64,000 nucleotides of DNA from Pseudomonadota bacterium (GCA_023388335.1 JAEWGL010000213.1:14186-78185); one strand, 5' to 3'. Positions 1 through 9,870 are shown, counted from the first letter of the stretch. A program made the numbers and translations. Notes: generated by a model from the sequence alone, not told the origin.

Positions 1-165
1 CCCACCCGGGGTGTGCATGTGCCGAAACGGCGCGGCGCGCAACACCGCCCGCAGGGCGTCGAGCAGGGCCTCGACCTGGGGCAGGGCGAAGCCGGGCAGC
101 AGGACGGTCTGCGCGGCAAGCTGCTGGGGTTGGGGACCGAACAGGTCGAGGTCGGACTGGATCAT
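1..165 (-). CDS. alkB: Fe(II)/2-oxoglutarate-dependent DNA repair dioxygenase AlkB, first 55 codons only (gene runs off the left edge)
   Basis: Absent from the ORF track because there is no stop in the window. ATG at 165..163. Translation is MIQSDLDLFGPQPQQLAAQTVLLPGFALPQVEALLDALRAVLRAAPFRHMHTPGG. The APFRHMHTPGG block resembles the SPFRQMVTPGG block of E. coli AlkB as I recall it. Confidence 0.6.
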   Translation of the reverse strand, partial: MIQSDLDLFGPQPQQLAAQTVLLPGFALPQVEALLDALRAVLRAAPFRHMHTPGG

Positions 166-235
166 GGCGTCACTGTCGGGAAGCGCTGGACTGCGGCCAT
201 TGTACGCCGTCCCGTGCCCGGCGCGCGTCCACCGG

Positions 236-1183
236 TCACGCTGGCGTGGCTTGCAGTACGCAGCGGGCGATCTGCGCATCCTGCACGGCGACGCCGGTCA
301 GGTCGGCCAGGGTCACCTCGCGCTCATCGCTGCGCCCGGGAATGTGGCCTTGCAGCAAGTGCCCCAGTTCCCCCAGGCGCTGTTCGTCGATCAGGCCCGC
401 CCGCACGGCATGGGCAACCTCGCCATAGTGGCTGCACTGGCGAATCGAGTCGACGATCAGCCGATCGGCACTGGCCACCAGCGCGGGATCGAGCTCCTGC
501 TTGCCGGGCGCGTCAGCGCCCACGGCGGTGATGTGGGTGCCCGGTCGCAACCACTCGCGCCTGAGTAGCGGTTGGCGCGAAGGCGTGGCGCTGACGATCA
601 GGTTGGCGCCCTCGGCCACGTGCTGGGGATCGTGGGTCAGGGTGACCTGGAAGCCCAGGGCGTTGGCATGCTCCTGGAACGCGGCCAGCTGCTGCTCGCC
701 GCGGCCCCAGACGATGACCCGGCGGCAGGCGGTGACGGGCATCAGGTGCTGCAATTGCAGGCGCGCCTGCAGGCCGGTGCCGAGGATGCCGATGGCCGTG
801 ACCTGCGAGGGGGCCAACAAGCGGGCGACGATGCGCCCGGCGAGCGCAGTGCGCACGGCGGTCAGCCAGCCTTCATCCTGGAGCAGGGCCAGCGGCCGGC
901 CGGTATGGGCGCAGCACACCAACATCAGGCCATCGTTGCTCGGCAAGCCCTTGCCTGGATTGTCGTAGAAACCGGTGGAAACCTTGACCGTGAAGGTGTC
1001 GCTGCCTTCGACGAAGGCTGACTTGATGCAGCAGTCGCCATTGTTGGCACTGAACTGGAAGGCCTGGGTCGGCGGTGCCTGGACCTGGCCGTTGGAAAAG
1101 GCGATAAAGCCTTCTTCCAATCGCTGGGTAGCCAGCTCCGGGTCGAGTCGCGCGATGATCTGTGCTTTGTCGAGCAGTTTCAT
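236..1183 (-). CDS. ornithine cyclodeaminase / mu-crystallin family NAD-dependent enzyme
   Basis: 315-aa ORF with a Rossmann-like GILGTGLQA motif and overall OCD/mu-crystallin family character. Its ATG overlaps the upstream gene's stop (ATGA at 1180..1183). Confidence 0.85.
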   Translation of the reverse strand: MKLLDKAQIIARLDPELATQRLEEGFIAFSNGQVQAPPTQAFQFSANNGDCCIKSAFVEGSDTFTVKVSTGFYDNPGKGLPSNDGLMLVCCAHTGRPLALLQDEGWLTAVRTALAGRIVARLLAPSQVTAIGILGTGLQARLQLQHLMPVTACRRVIVWGRGEQQLAAFQEHANALGFQVTLTHDPQHVAEGANLIVSATPSRQPLLRREWLRPGTHITAVGADAPGKQELDPALVASADRLIVDSIRQCSHYGEVAHAVRAGLIDEQRLGELGHLLQGHIPGRSDEREVTLADLTGVAVQDAQIARCVLQATPA

Positions 1184-2157
1184 TGCACCGCCCTCAGGAA
1201 CTTCTCCAACAGAATATTGCGGCCGCAGAGCACCACGGCCACGCGTTTGCCACGGTACTCGTGCGCCAGTTCGCGCAGCCCGGCCACGGCGACCCCGGCG
1301 GCGCCTTCGATGATCCAGCGCTCGTTGGCGGCGACGTCACGCATGGCCTGGGCGATGGCCTGCTCACTGACCAGCACGGTGCGGTCCAGCAAGCGCTGGC
1401 ACAGCGGGAAGGTGATGGCGTCGGGCTCGACGCCACCGGCGGTACCATCGGAAAGGGTGTCTTGCTCGTCCATCTCGATGATCCGCCCAGCTTCCAATGA
1501 GCGCTGCAGCGTAGGTGCGTTGGCTGGCCAGCAGCCGATCACCTGTACGCCGGGGCGCAGGTGCTTCAGCGCCGTGGCGATGCCAGAGATCATGCCGCCG
1601 CCGCCCACCGCGACGAACACCGCATCCAGCGTGGGTAACTGTTCGGCCAGTTCCATGCCGATGGTGCCCTGGCCGGCGATGATCTGCGGGTCGTTGTAGG
1701 GCGAGACGAATGGCTTGCCTTGGCTGCGCGCCTGTCTTGCGGCTTCCAGCTCGACGCTGAGCGGGTCGGTGTCCAGGCTAATCACTTCGGCGCCCAGCGC
1801 ACGGATGGCGTCCAGCTTGACGGGCGATGCCTGGCGGGTGGTGTAGACCGTCACCGGCACGCCCAGGAGCCGCCCCGCCAGCGCCAGGCCTTGCCCGTGA
1901 TTGCCGGAGGACGCGGTGATCACCCCATGGGCGCGGGCCGATTCATCCAGCAGGCGCAGCGTGTTGCTGGCACCGCGGAACTTGAACGAGCCGGTGTGTT
2001 GCAGGTGCTCGCACTTGAAGTAGACCTCGCAGCCCGAGTCGGCGGAAAACCAGGTGCTGTGCGCCAGCGGGGTTACCGCCACCTGCGGGCGCAGGGCATG
2101 ATGGGCCTGGCTGATAGCCTGGTAAAGGTGGTCCAGGTAAGTGTCGTCGAGAGTCAC
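1180..2157 (-). CDS. PLP-dependent threonine/serine dehydratase-like enzyme
   Basis: 325-aa ORF with the PLP-lysine motif SFKFRGASN and a GGGGMISG glycine loop. GTG start at 2157 is preceded by AAGGAG. Confidence 0.85.
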   Translation of the reverse strand: MTLDDTYLDHLYQAISQAHHALRPQVAVTPLAHSTWFSADSGCEVYFKCEHLQHTGSFKFRGASNTLRLLDESARAHGVITASSGNHGQGLALAGRLLGVPVTVYTTRQASPVKLDAIRALGAEVISLDTDPLSVELEAARQARSQGKPFVSPYNDPQIIAGQGTIGMELAEQLPTLDAVFVAVGGGGMISGIATALKHLRPGVQVIGCWPANAPTLQRSLEAGRIIEMDEQDTLSDGTAGGVEPDAITFPLCQRLLDRTVLVSEQAIAQAMRDVAANERWIIEGAAGVAVAGLRELAHEYRGKRVAVVLCGRNILLEKFLRAVQ

Positions 2158-2249
2158 TGCGCAAGCTCCTTTTTGTAGAAAGTTCGTCCACCGTAGACAA
2201 ATAATCTACAACTGGCAACCTTGCTGCGCCGAGCAAGTAGCCCGGCGCT

Positions 2250-2894
2250 TCAATCGAGGTGCGCGTCGCGGGCGTGCTTGAGGTACTTGTACACCGTGGC
2301 GCGGCCCATGTTCAGCACGTTGGCCACGTAGTCATGGGCACTCTTGCCCTCGAAGGCGCCTTCGCTGTGAAGGGCCAGGACCAGGTCGCGCTTGTCGTCG
2401 CGTTCGAGCCGGTTCAGGCTCAGGCCGCGGGTCTTGATCCAGGCATGCAGGAAGGTGTTGATGCGATCCTGCCAGTCGTCACGGAACAGCGCCTCGGGCT
2501 GGGGCAGGATGCGGCTGGCCTGGAAGAACAGGTCCAGGGCCTGCTTGGCCTGTTCGAGCATCGAGACGTTGAAGTTGATGCAGATGAGCGCCGTCGGCTG
2601 GCCTTGCTCGTCGAGCATCACGCTGCTGATCGAGCGTAGCTTCTGTCCATCCCAGTTGAGTTTCTCGTATGGCCCGAGCACACGTTCACCGTGCAGTTCG
2701 GCCGGCAGGTCCTCCAGCGCGGAGTCATCGCCGACCTGGCGCTTGGACAGGTTGTTGGCCAAGTGCACGACGGTCTGGGTGGCCAGGTCATGGACCACCA
2801 CTTCGGCATGTGGGAACAGCAGCGTGGCGATGCAATCGGCGACCGTCTTGTAGTTGGCCAGGGCCGAGGCGGCGGGGGTGGCAGTGGAGGGCAT
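2250..2894 (-). CDS. YheO-like (PAS-like sensor + C-terminal HTH) transcriptional regulator
   Basis: 214-aa ORF. N-terminus (CIATLLFPHAEVVVHDL) and C-terminal HTH (GRATVYKYLK) are typical of the YheO family. It lies just upstream of, and on the same strand as, the dehydratase/OCD pair. Confidence 0.7.
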   Translation of the reverse strand: MPSTATPAASALANYKTVADCIATLLFPHAEVVVHDLATQTVVHLANNLSKRQVGDDSALEDLPAELHGERVLGPYEKLNWDGQKLRSISSVMLDEQGQPTALICINFNVSMLEQAKQALDLFFQASRILPQPEALFRDDWQDRINTFLHAWIKTRGLSLNRLERDDKRDLVLALHSEGAFEGKSAHDYVANVLNMGRATVYKYLKHARDAHLD

Positions 2895-3033
2895 GCGGAT
2901 TTCCGGCGGCGGGGGAGCGCGTCCATGCTAGTCCCTTGACCCTGGCCGGGCAAGGGTGGGCATGCCTGGGCCCGGCAAAATCAACACGCTCTATTTTTAC
3001 CATGACCGCGGGCTTGCACGGCCCTGCGCCCAC

Positions 3034-4425
3034 TCAGTTGCGGTCCAGCCACACTGTCTGGACATTGCAGAACTCGCGCACGCCGAAGTGCGAAAGCTCC
3101 CGCCCGAATCCGCTCTTTTTCACGCCACCGAAGGCTACGCGCGGGTCGGAGGCGCAGTAGCCATTGATGAACACCGCGCCGGTGTCCAGGGCCTCGGTCA
3201 TGCGTTGAGCCAGCTCGGCGTCGGCGGTGTAAATCGTCGAGGCCAGGCCGAAGTCGCTGTCGTTGGCCAATTCCACGGCATGCTCGGCGTCACGGGCGCT
3301 GATGATCGCGGCCACCGGACCAAACAGTTCCTGCTGGAAAGCGGTCATGTCACGGGTCACCCCCGCCAGCACGGTCGGCTCATAGACGTTGGCCGCGCCG
3401 TCGGCCTTCTTGCCACCGAGCAGCAGCGTGGCGCCTTCGGCCAGGGTCGCCTGAACCTGGCCGTCCAGCTCGTCGCGCAGGTCGAAACGGGCCATTGGGC
3501 CGATGTAGGTGTCGTCGTGCAGCGGGTTGCCAACGTTCAGCGCAGCGGTCGCTTCGACGAATTTACGAGTGAATTCATCGATCACAGCGTGCTCGACGAT
3601 CAGGCGCTTGGCGGCGGCGCAGACTTGCCCGGTATTCTGGTAGCGCCCCATCACCGCGGCCTTCACGGCGGCGTCGAGGTCGGCATCGGCCAGGACGATG
3701 AAGGGGTCGGAACCGCCCAGTTCCAGCACGCACTTCTTCAGGGCAGCGCCGGCCTGCGCACCGATGGCCATGCCAGCGCGCACGCTGCCGGTCAGGGTCA
3801 CGGCGGCGATCCGCGGGTCATTGATAGCGCGGGTCACGCCCTGGGGGGCGACGTTGATGACTTCGAACACGCCCTCAGGCAAGCCAGCCTGCTTCACGGT
3901 CTCGAGCAACAGGTAGGCGCTGCCCATCACGTTCGGTGCATGCTTGAGCACGTAGGTATTGCCGGCGATCAGCGCCGGTACCGCACCGCGCAGCACTTGC
4001 CAGATCGGGAAGTTCCACGGCATGACCGCAAGGATCGGCCCCATCGGACGGTATTCGATGCGCGCCTTGTTGTTCTCCACCTGCGTCGGTTCGGCAGCGA
4101 GCATGGCGGGGCCGTGCTCGGCGTACCATTGGCAGAGGTTGACGCACTTGGCGACCTCGCCACGGGCCTGGGCGATCGGCTTGCCCATTTCACGGGTGAT
4201 CATGTGCGCGAGCGCTTCGCCATTGGCGGCCAGGGCATTGGCCAGGCTCAACAGGTGCTCGCTGCGCTGCGCCAGGGGCTGGCGGCGCCATTGCGCGAAG
4301 CCGGTGCTGGCGCGTTCCAGCGCGGCGTCCAGCGCGGCATCGGTGTCGAAGGCGTAGTGGCCGATCTGTTCGCCGCTGTGCGGATCGACGGAAATGGCAT
4401 GGGTCAGGCTGCTGATCTCAGGCAT
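3034..4425 (-). CDS. NAD(P)-dependent aldehyde dehydrogenase (succinate-semialdehyde dehydrogenase-like)
   Basis: 463-aa ORF with ALDH motifs (VLELGGSDP, catalytic Cys in GQVCAAAKR, EELFGPV). Confidence 0.9.
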   Translation of the reverse strand: MPEISSLTHAISVDPHSGEQIGHYAFDTDAALDAALERASTGFAQWRRQPLAQRSEHLLSLANALAANGEALAHMITREMGKPIAQARGEVAKCVNLCQWYAEHGPAMLAAEPTQVENNKARIEYRPMGPILAVMPWNFPIWQVLRGAVPALIAGNTYVLKHAPNVMGSAYLLLETVKQAGLPEGVFEVINVAPQGVTRAINDPRIAAVTLTGSVRAGMAIGAQAGAALKKCVLELGGSDPFIVLADADLDAAVKAAVMGRYQNTGQVCAAAKRLIVEHAVIDEFTRKFVEATAALNVGNPLHDDTYIGPMARFDLRDELDGQVQATLAEGATLLLGGKKADGAANVYEPTVLAGVTRDMTAFQQELFGPVAAIISARDAEHAVELANDSDFGLASTIYTADAELAQRMTEALDTGAVFINGYCASDPRVAFGGVKKSGFGRELSHFGVREFCNVQTVWLDRN

Positions 4426-4480
4426 GGTAGGTCCCCTGTTTTATTCTCTGGAAGTGGAGCCAGCATAGGGGCCTGGGTCT

Positions 4481-4498
4481 TTATTAAAAACTGAATAA
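4481..4498. promoter_or_regulatory. candidate LysR-type (T-N11-A) operator in a divergent intergenic region
   Basis: Inverted repeat TTATT-N8-AATAA between the divergent aldehyde dehydrogenase (start 4425) and LysR gene (start 4533). Confidence 0.35.
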
Positions 4499-4532
4499 TA
4501 ATGAGCGAAACATTCACGTTTGGAGAAAGGCC

Positions 4533-5408
4533 GTGGACCTGGTGCAACTGGAAATCTTCAAGGCTGTAGCCGAGCACGGCAGCATCAGCGCCGCTGCCCA
4601 GCACATCCACCGGGTGCCGTCGAACCTGACCACCCGCATCAAGCAGCTGGAGCAGGACCTGGGTGTCGAACTGTTCATCCGCGAGAAGCACCGCCTGCGT
4701 CTGTCGCCAGCGGGCTGGAACTTCCTCGAGTACACCCGGCGCATTCTCGACCTGGTGCACGAGGCGCGCCTGACCGTGGCCGGTGAGGATCCCCAGGGCA
4801 CCTTCGCCCTCGGATCGCTGGAGAGCACGGCAGCGGTACGCATCCCGGCCTTGCTGGCGGCGTACAACCAGCGCTATCCCAAAGTGGATCTGGATCTCTC
4901 CACTGGTCCCTCGGGCACCATGCTCGAAGGCGTACTGGCCGGCCAACTGGTAGCGGCCTTCGTCGACGGGCCGGTGTTGCATCCGGCGCTCGAGGGCATG
5001 GCGGTGTTCGAGGAGGAGATGGTCATCATCGCGCCGCTCAATCACCCGCCGGTGACCCGCGCCAAGGATGTCAATGGCCAGAGCATCTATGCCTTTCGCG
5101 CCAACTGCTCCTACCGTCATCATTTCGAGCACTGGTTCGTCCAGGACAAGGCGGTGCCTGGCAAGATTCACGAGATGGAGTCGTACCACGGCATGCTGGC
5201 GTGTGTCAGCGCTGGCGCGGGCCTTGCCCTGATGCCCCGCAGCATGCTCGACAGCATGCCGGGCTGTAGCACCGTCAGTGTCTGGCCGCTGTCGCAAGAC
5301 GCGCGCTACCTCAAGACCTGGCTTGTGTGGCGCCGTGGTACGGTATCACGCAGCCTGAGCACGTTCGTCCAATTGCTGGAGGAACGCAGGGCACAGGCGC
5401 CTGCCTGA
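4533..5408 (+). CDS. LysR family transcriptional regulator
   Basis: 291-aa ORF with an N-terminal wHTH ([40 protein letters not shown]). GTG start after GGAGAA. Divergent from the aldehyde dehydrogenase. Confidence 0.9.
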   Translation: MDLVQLEIFKAVAEHGSISAAAQHIHRVPSNLTTRIKQLEQDLGVELFIREKHRLRLSPAGWNFLEYTRRILDLVHEARLTVAGEDPQGTFALGSLESTAAVRIPALLAAYNQRYPKVDLDLSTGPSGTMLEGVLAGQLVAAFVDGPVLHPALEGMAVFEEEMVIIAPLNHPPVTRAKDVNGQSIYAFRANCSYRHHFEHWFVQDKAVPGKIHEMESYHGMLACVSAGAGLALMPRSMLDSMPGCSTVSVWPLSQDARYLKTWLVWRRGTVSRSLSTFVQLLEERRAQAPA

Positions 5409-5561
5409 ACCTGGACCCAGCATCGGCGCGCACGCCAAGTGGGCGGCGGATAGTGGAGCAATCGACTAGTGGAGGACTGGAGCCATGCACATCCCTCATT
5501 GCAGAGCCCGCGTGGGCACTGATAGGTCCGAGTACATTTGTACTCCGTGGCGCATCAGGGC

Positions 5562-6314
5562 ATGACCATGAGCCTGGATATGCAGCTGCAGGCCTTGAAT
5601 GACGACGGTTTCGTTTTGATTCCCGGTGTCCTCGACACACCCCAGGTGGCGCTGTTGCGCCGCGCCATCGACGGACTGCGGCCGATCCACTGGGATTACC
5701 AGGGCCTGCTCGAGCACTACAAGTGCGTGTTCAACCGCGACCCAATGTGGTTGCCTTTTCTTGACCTGCCTGGGTTGATCGAACTGGCCGAAGCGGCATT
5801 GGGTCCAGACTGCCACGTTATCGGCCAGACCGCCTGGCGCAGCCATCCTGGCTATCCGGGCATGGAACTGCACCTGGATCACCTGCCGCTGGAGCTGCCC
5901 GATTGGGTCTGGGCCAGGCCGGACTTGCGCCTGCCCGTGCAGATTTTCACGGCGCAACTGTATCTGAGCGATATCGACGCAGAGCTCGGCCCTACCTGGG
6001 TCGTACCTGGCAGCCATCGCTCAGGACGCAGGCCCGGCGAAGGCGAGGACAGCTGGCAGGGACAAGGGGCCAGGCCAGTGCTGTGCCAGGCCGGGGATGC
6101 CCTGGTGTTTCGTAGCGAGCTCTGGCATGCCGGTGGCGCCAACACCAGCGTGGACCGCGTCCGCGACATGCTCCAGGTGCATTACGGGCGGCGCATGGTG
6201 GCGCAGAAGTTCTCTCCGTATCTTGAGTGGCGCTTCAACCCCGACGTACTGGCGGCGGCCACGGCGCGCCAGCGGCGATTGCTGGGGGAACATGGCGAGG
6301 CGGAGTATGACTAG
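5562..6314 (+). CDS. phytanoyl-CoA dioxygenase (PhyH) family Fe(II)/2OG oxygenase
   Basis: ORF 5538..6314 begins with TTG, so I prefer the ATG at 5562; the start is uncertain. PhyH-like features include LNDDGFVLIPGVLD, HLDH and WHAGGAN. Confidence 0.75.
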   Translation: MTMSLDMQLQALNDDGFVLIPGVLDTPQVALLRRAIDGLRPIHWDYQGLLEHYKCVFNRDPMWLPFLDLPGLIELAEAALGPDCHVIGQTAWRSHPGYPGMELHLDHLPLELPDWVWARPDLRLPVQIFTAQLYLSDIDAELGPTWVVPGSHRSGRRPGEGEDSWQGQGARPVLCQAGDALVFRSELWHAGGANTSVDRVRDMLQVHYGRRMVAQKFSPYLEWRFNPDVLAAATARQRRLLGEHGEAEYD

Positions 6315-6611
6315 GTGTGTTTCGACCCGCAGTGGGCGCTCATAGCTGGAAACGCTGCGCTTCGACGCTCTGAGGCTGCCATTTCCCGGCTGCTGGGCAG
6401 GCAATGGCAGCTACAGGCTCATCCAAGGGCGGCAAATGACTTCCATCAAGTCCCCTAACTGGCTAATAATCCGAGAGTATTACAACTTGTTGCCTAGCGG
6501 ATAGGCAGCGTGAACACACTGGAAAACGAGGGGCTCAAGCCTCCATTGCCAACGGGGCGGCGCTGTCCAGGCGCTGGCCCGTCCGTGCCTGACATCAGGA
6601 GATTGTCAAAC

Positions 6612-7130
6612 ATGAAAACCCGTCTTGCCGCTTCGCTGGCTGCTGTCCTGGCCTTTACCGGGGCCAACCTTGCCCAGGCCGCTCAGATTTCTGGCGCCGT
6701 GGGCGCCACCAGCCAGGGCGACCTGACCTATCGCGCCGGCCTGTCGTTCGACTGGGACAAGAAATGGTTCGAAACCGGTACTGGCCACTTGAGCGGTTAC
6801 TGGGACGCGGCCTACACCTACTGGGAAGGCGGCGATGCCAGCGGCGCCCACTCGCTCTCATTCAGCCCAGTCTTCGTCTATGAATTCAGCGGTTTCACCT
6901 ATACCCCCTTCATCGAGGCCGGTATCGGCGTGGCGGCGTTCTCCAAGACCAACGTCGGTGACCAGCGCCTGGGCTCCTCGTTCAACTTCGAAGATCGGCT
7001 GGGCCTTGGCCTGAAACTGCCCGGCGAGCAGAAGGTCGGCCTGCGTGCGATGCATTACTCCAACGCTGGCATCAAGCAGCCAAACGATGGCATCGAGTCT
7101 TACTCGCTGTTTTACAGCAAGGGATTCTGA
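6612..7130 (+). CDS. pagL: lipid A 3-O-deacylase PagL (outer-membrane acyloxyacyl hydrolase)
   Basis: Internal ATG at 6612 after CAGGAG gives the signal peptide MKTRLAASLAAVLAFTGANLAQA. The mature sequence (QISGAVGATSQGDLTYRAGLSFDWDK...HYSNAGIKQPNDGIESYSLFY) closely resembles P. aeruginosa PagL as I recall it. Confidence 0.85.
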   Translation: MKTRLAASLAAVLAFTGANLAQAAQISGAVGATSQGDLTYRAGLSFDWDKKWFETGTGHLSGYWDAAYTYWEGGDASGAHSLSFSPVFVYEFSGFTYTPFIEAGIGVAAFSKTNVGDQRLGSSFNFEDRLGLGLKLPGEQKVGLRAMHYSNAGIKQPNDGIESYSLFYSKGF

Positions 7131-7190
7131 CTGAGCCCTGCCGTTGCCTGTGAGTCTTCGAGCCTCGCCTGACACGGCTTGGAGTGTTGC

Positions 7191-7263
7191 CTGCGGCTTG
7201 CCCAGCTGCTGCCCAGCTTGAATGCACGCTCACGCGTTATTCGAGCTGGGCAGCAGGCCGCAG
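7191..7263. repeat. large nested inverted repeat between convergent genes (possible bidirectional terminator or REP-like element)
   Basis: Perfect 13-bp arms CTGCTGCCCAGCT (7206..7218) and AGCTGGGCAGCAG (7244..7256), plus outer 7-bp arms CTGCGGC (7191..7197) and GCCGCAG (7257..7263). Confidence 0.5.
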
Positions 7264-7276
7264 CCAGCGGAAAAGG

Positions 7277-8167
7277 TCAGCGCACTCCCTTGATTGCCAG
7301 CACATTGCAGAGCGGATGCTCCAGCACATGCGCCGTGGTGCCGCCGAGGAATGCCTGCAACGCGTCATGACGGTGGTTGCCCATGACGATCACATCGGTG
7401 CGGCTGTGGCTGACGAAATGGGCAATGGCTCGGGTCGCGGCGCCCTCCAGGAAGTGCCTGCGCTCCAGTGCAATCTGGTGGTGATCGCCGAGGCGGTTGA
7501 AGGCCTTGTGCTGGGCATCCCGTACGCTTTCGTTGAAGCCGGGCATCGTCACCGTACCTGCGCCAAAGTCGGCGATGTGGGTCTTGGTCGCATCGCAGAC
7601 ATGCAACAGGTGCAGCTCGCCATTGCATTGCAGGGCCAGGGCATGGGCGGTGCGTATGACCTGCTCATCAAGGCTTTCGGCGGCGCCAGGGATGATCAGA
7701 TCGACGGCGGCGGCGATCTGGCGCGGCAGGGGGCAACGGATCTCGCTGACCAGGTGCACGGCGATCGGGCTTTCCCTGAGCAGTTGCCAGTCCAGGGGGG
7801 TGACGAGCAGGCGCTTGAGCACTGGCTCATGCTGCACGTCCTTGACCAACAGATCGCAACCCAGGCGCTCGACCTGTTGCAGCACGGCAGCCAGAGGGTC
7901 GCGGGTCAGTAGCAGCTCGGTGGAGACATCCAAGCCCCCATTGCGCAACTGCTCGGCTTCATCGGCCAGCCATTGACGGTTGTCGCTCAACAGACGCTCC
8001 CGCTCGCGTGGGTCCTCCATCAAGCCAAAAGTATCGACATCGTCGACGCAAACCGTGATGTCCAACAGCGCTCCACTGGACTCGGCCAATGCGGCCGCCC
8101 GTTGCAGGGCGGGCGTGTGGCGCATCTGCGGGCCGAGCATGACCAACAATCGCTGGAATCGACTCAT
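7277..8167 (-). CDS. tandem-domain universal stress protein (UspE-like)
   Basis: Internal ATG at 8167 is preceded by GAGGAGG (MSRFQRLLVMLGP...). Two USP domains; C-terminal ...VIVMGNHRHDALQAFLGGTTAHVLEH. Confidence 0.85.
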   Translation of the reverse strand: MSRFQRLLVMLGPQMRHTPALQRAAALAESSGALLDITVCVDDVDTFGLMEDPRERERLLSDNRQWLADEAEQLRNGGLDVSTELLLTRDPLAAVLQQVERLGCDLLVKDVQHEPVLKRLLVTPLDWQLLRESPIAVHLVSEIRCPLPRQIAAAVDLIIPGAAESLDEQVIRTAHALALQCNGELHLLHVCDATKTHIADFGAGTVTMPGFNESVRDAQHKAFNRLGDHHQIALERRHFLEGAATRAIAHFVSHSRTDVIVMGNHRHDALQAFLGGTTAHVLEHPLCNVLAIKGVR

Positions 8168-8243
8168 CTCACACCTCCTCGTGCGGCAGCCCCCCTTCAT
8201 GCCTGGCAATGGTGACCGGCGCCAGGATGCGCCGTGTCTTCCC

Positions 8244-8834
8244 TCAGTCTAGTTCGTGTTGACAGTCCGGCAGATCGATCGGCCTGTCGATGTCCAGCAG
8301 GATGCCCGGGTCATCGACTACCAGGGTGCGCACGGCGGCGCGCTGGCGCTGCAGTACCGCGCGTGCGCCCGTGTCACCCTGCAGCTGACAGAGCTCAGCC
8401 CAGAAGCGGCGGCCGAAGAGTACGGGGTGACCGGGCCTGCCCTGATAGGTGGGCACGCAGATATGCTCGGCGTCGATGCTGGCAACCAGGGCGTCGAGAG
8501 TGGCGGGCTGGATGAACGGCATGTCGGCGAGGAAGATCGCCAGCGCTTCGGCGCCGGAGGTCTGGGCGAGTTGCCCGACCCCGGCGGCAAGGCTGTGGCC
8601 CATGCCCAGACGGCTGCTGGCCGCTCGCACCACATGCACCTTGGCGGGCAGCGGCCGCGGCCAGGTCTCGTCGAAGCGTAGTACCAGCCAGACCTCCTGC
8701 AGCCGTGTACAGGGCAGGGCAAGGCTGGCCTCGAGCAGGGTCTGGCCATCGCCAAGGCGCTGCTGACGTTTGTCGCTACCGAACCGCTGGCTGTAGCCGG
8801 CGGCCAGTACCAGTGCGGCCACTTCACAGGTCAT
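8244..8834 (-). CDS. MobA/MocA-like nucleotidyltransferase (molybdenum cofactor cytidylyltransferase-like)
   Basis: ATG at 8834 gives MTCEVAALVLAAGYSQRFGSDKR, the LAAGxSxRxG motif of the NTP_transf_3 family. The longer GTG-initiated ORF in the track is probably an over-extension. Confidence 0.75.
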   Translation of the reverse strand: MTCEVAALVLAAGYSQRFGSDKRQQRLGDGQTLLEASLALPCTRLQEVWLVLRFDETWPRPLPAKVHVVRAASSRLGMGHSLAAGVGQLAQTSGAEALAIFLADMPFIQPATLDALVASIDAEHICVPTYQGRPGHPVLFGRRFWAELCQLQGDTGARAVLQRQRAAVRTLVVDDPGILLDIDRPIDLPDCQHELD

Positions 8835-9031
8835 GCGCAGGTTCCTTCGATCAGTGTCTGCCAAGGGTAGCCGAGCAGGCACAGGCGACCAAGTCGCTGG
8901 CTCGATACGGGCATGCGAAACTGCTCGCTACGGGCGATGCATGTGCCCTGGTGTTTACAGCGGTCCCCTGCGCCCGCGGACCATCGACTCGGGTATGATG
9001 CCCACCCATTCTTCTGATCGAGGCCTTCTTC

Positions 9032-9823
9032 ATGTCCCTGTCTGACGAGCAGATCGCGGAGTACCGCGCGTTCGCCGAGCAACTGGCCGACGCCGCGGCA
9101 GCGGCGATCCTGCCTTACTTTCGTGCCGAGCTGGCGGTCGAGGATAAAGGCGGGCGCCTGTACGACCCGGTAACCGTCGCCGACCAGGCCGCAGAGCAGG
9201 CCATGCGCACGCTGATCCAGGCACGTTACCCGGACCACGGGATTCTCGGCGAAGAACACGGCGTGGCCACCGGCAGCAGCCCACTGACCTGGGTGCTGGA
9301 TCCGATCGACGGTACCCGTGCCTTCATCACCGGCCTGCCGCTGTGGGGCACGCTGATCGCCCTGAACGATGGCGAGCGCCCTGTGGTCGGGGTGATGAAC
9401 CAACCCTTCACGGGCGAGCGCTTCATCGGTACACCGGCCGGTGCCTGGCGCGGCAATACACCACTGAAGGCCCGCGCCTGCACCGAGCTGGCCTTGGCGA
9501 CCCTGATGTGCACCACTCCGGACATGTTCGACACCCCGGCCCGCAAGACCGCCTTCGAGACGGTGGCTGGGCAGGCACGGCTGATGCGCTATGGCGGCGA
9601 CTGCTATGCCTATTGCATGCTGGCAAGCGGGTTTGTCGATGTGATTGTCGAGGCCAGCCTGCAGCCCTATGACGTGCAGGCGCTGATGCCGATCATCGAA
9701 GGCGCCGGCGGCATCATCACGGCCTGGGATGGCAGCACAGCGCAGCAGGGGGGGGCGGTGGTGGCGTGTGGCGATCCGCTGTTGCATGCCCAGGTGCTGG
9801 AGCTGTTGCGTCACGCCATGTAG
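9032..9823 (+). CDS. inositol monophosphatase family protein (HisN-type histidinol-phosphatase-like)
   Basis: 263-aa ORF with IMPase motifs (GEEHG, WVLDPIDGTRAFI, GGDCYAY). Confidence 0.85.
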   Translation: MSLSDEQIAEYRAFAEQLADAAAAAILPYFRAELAVEDKGGRLYDPVTVADQAAEQAMRTLIQARYPDHGILGEEHGVATGSSPLTWVLDPIDGTRAFITGLPLWGTLIALNDGERPVVGVMNQPFTGERFIGTPAGAWRGNTPLKARACTELALATLMCTTPDMFDTPARKTAFETVAGQARLMRYGGDCYAYCMLASGFVDVIVEASLQPYDVQALMPIIEGAGGIITAWDGSTAQQGGAVVACGDPLLHAQVLELLRHAM

Positions 9824-9870
9824 GCGTGCGCCTCGGCCCCAGATCTCCCGGCCAGAACCGCATCAGGACC

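Noticed and set aside
2956-4494. 512-aa ORF on the + strand.
   Set aside because: It is entirely antisense to the aldehyde dehydrogenase (3034..4425), which has clear family motifs. Its translation is Gly/Arg/His/Ala-rich with no recognisable domain, a typical high-GC antisense artefact.
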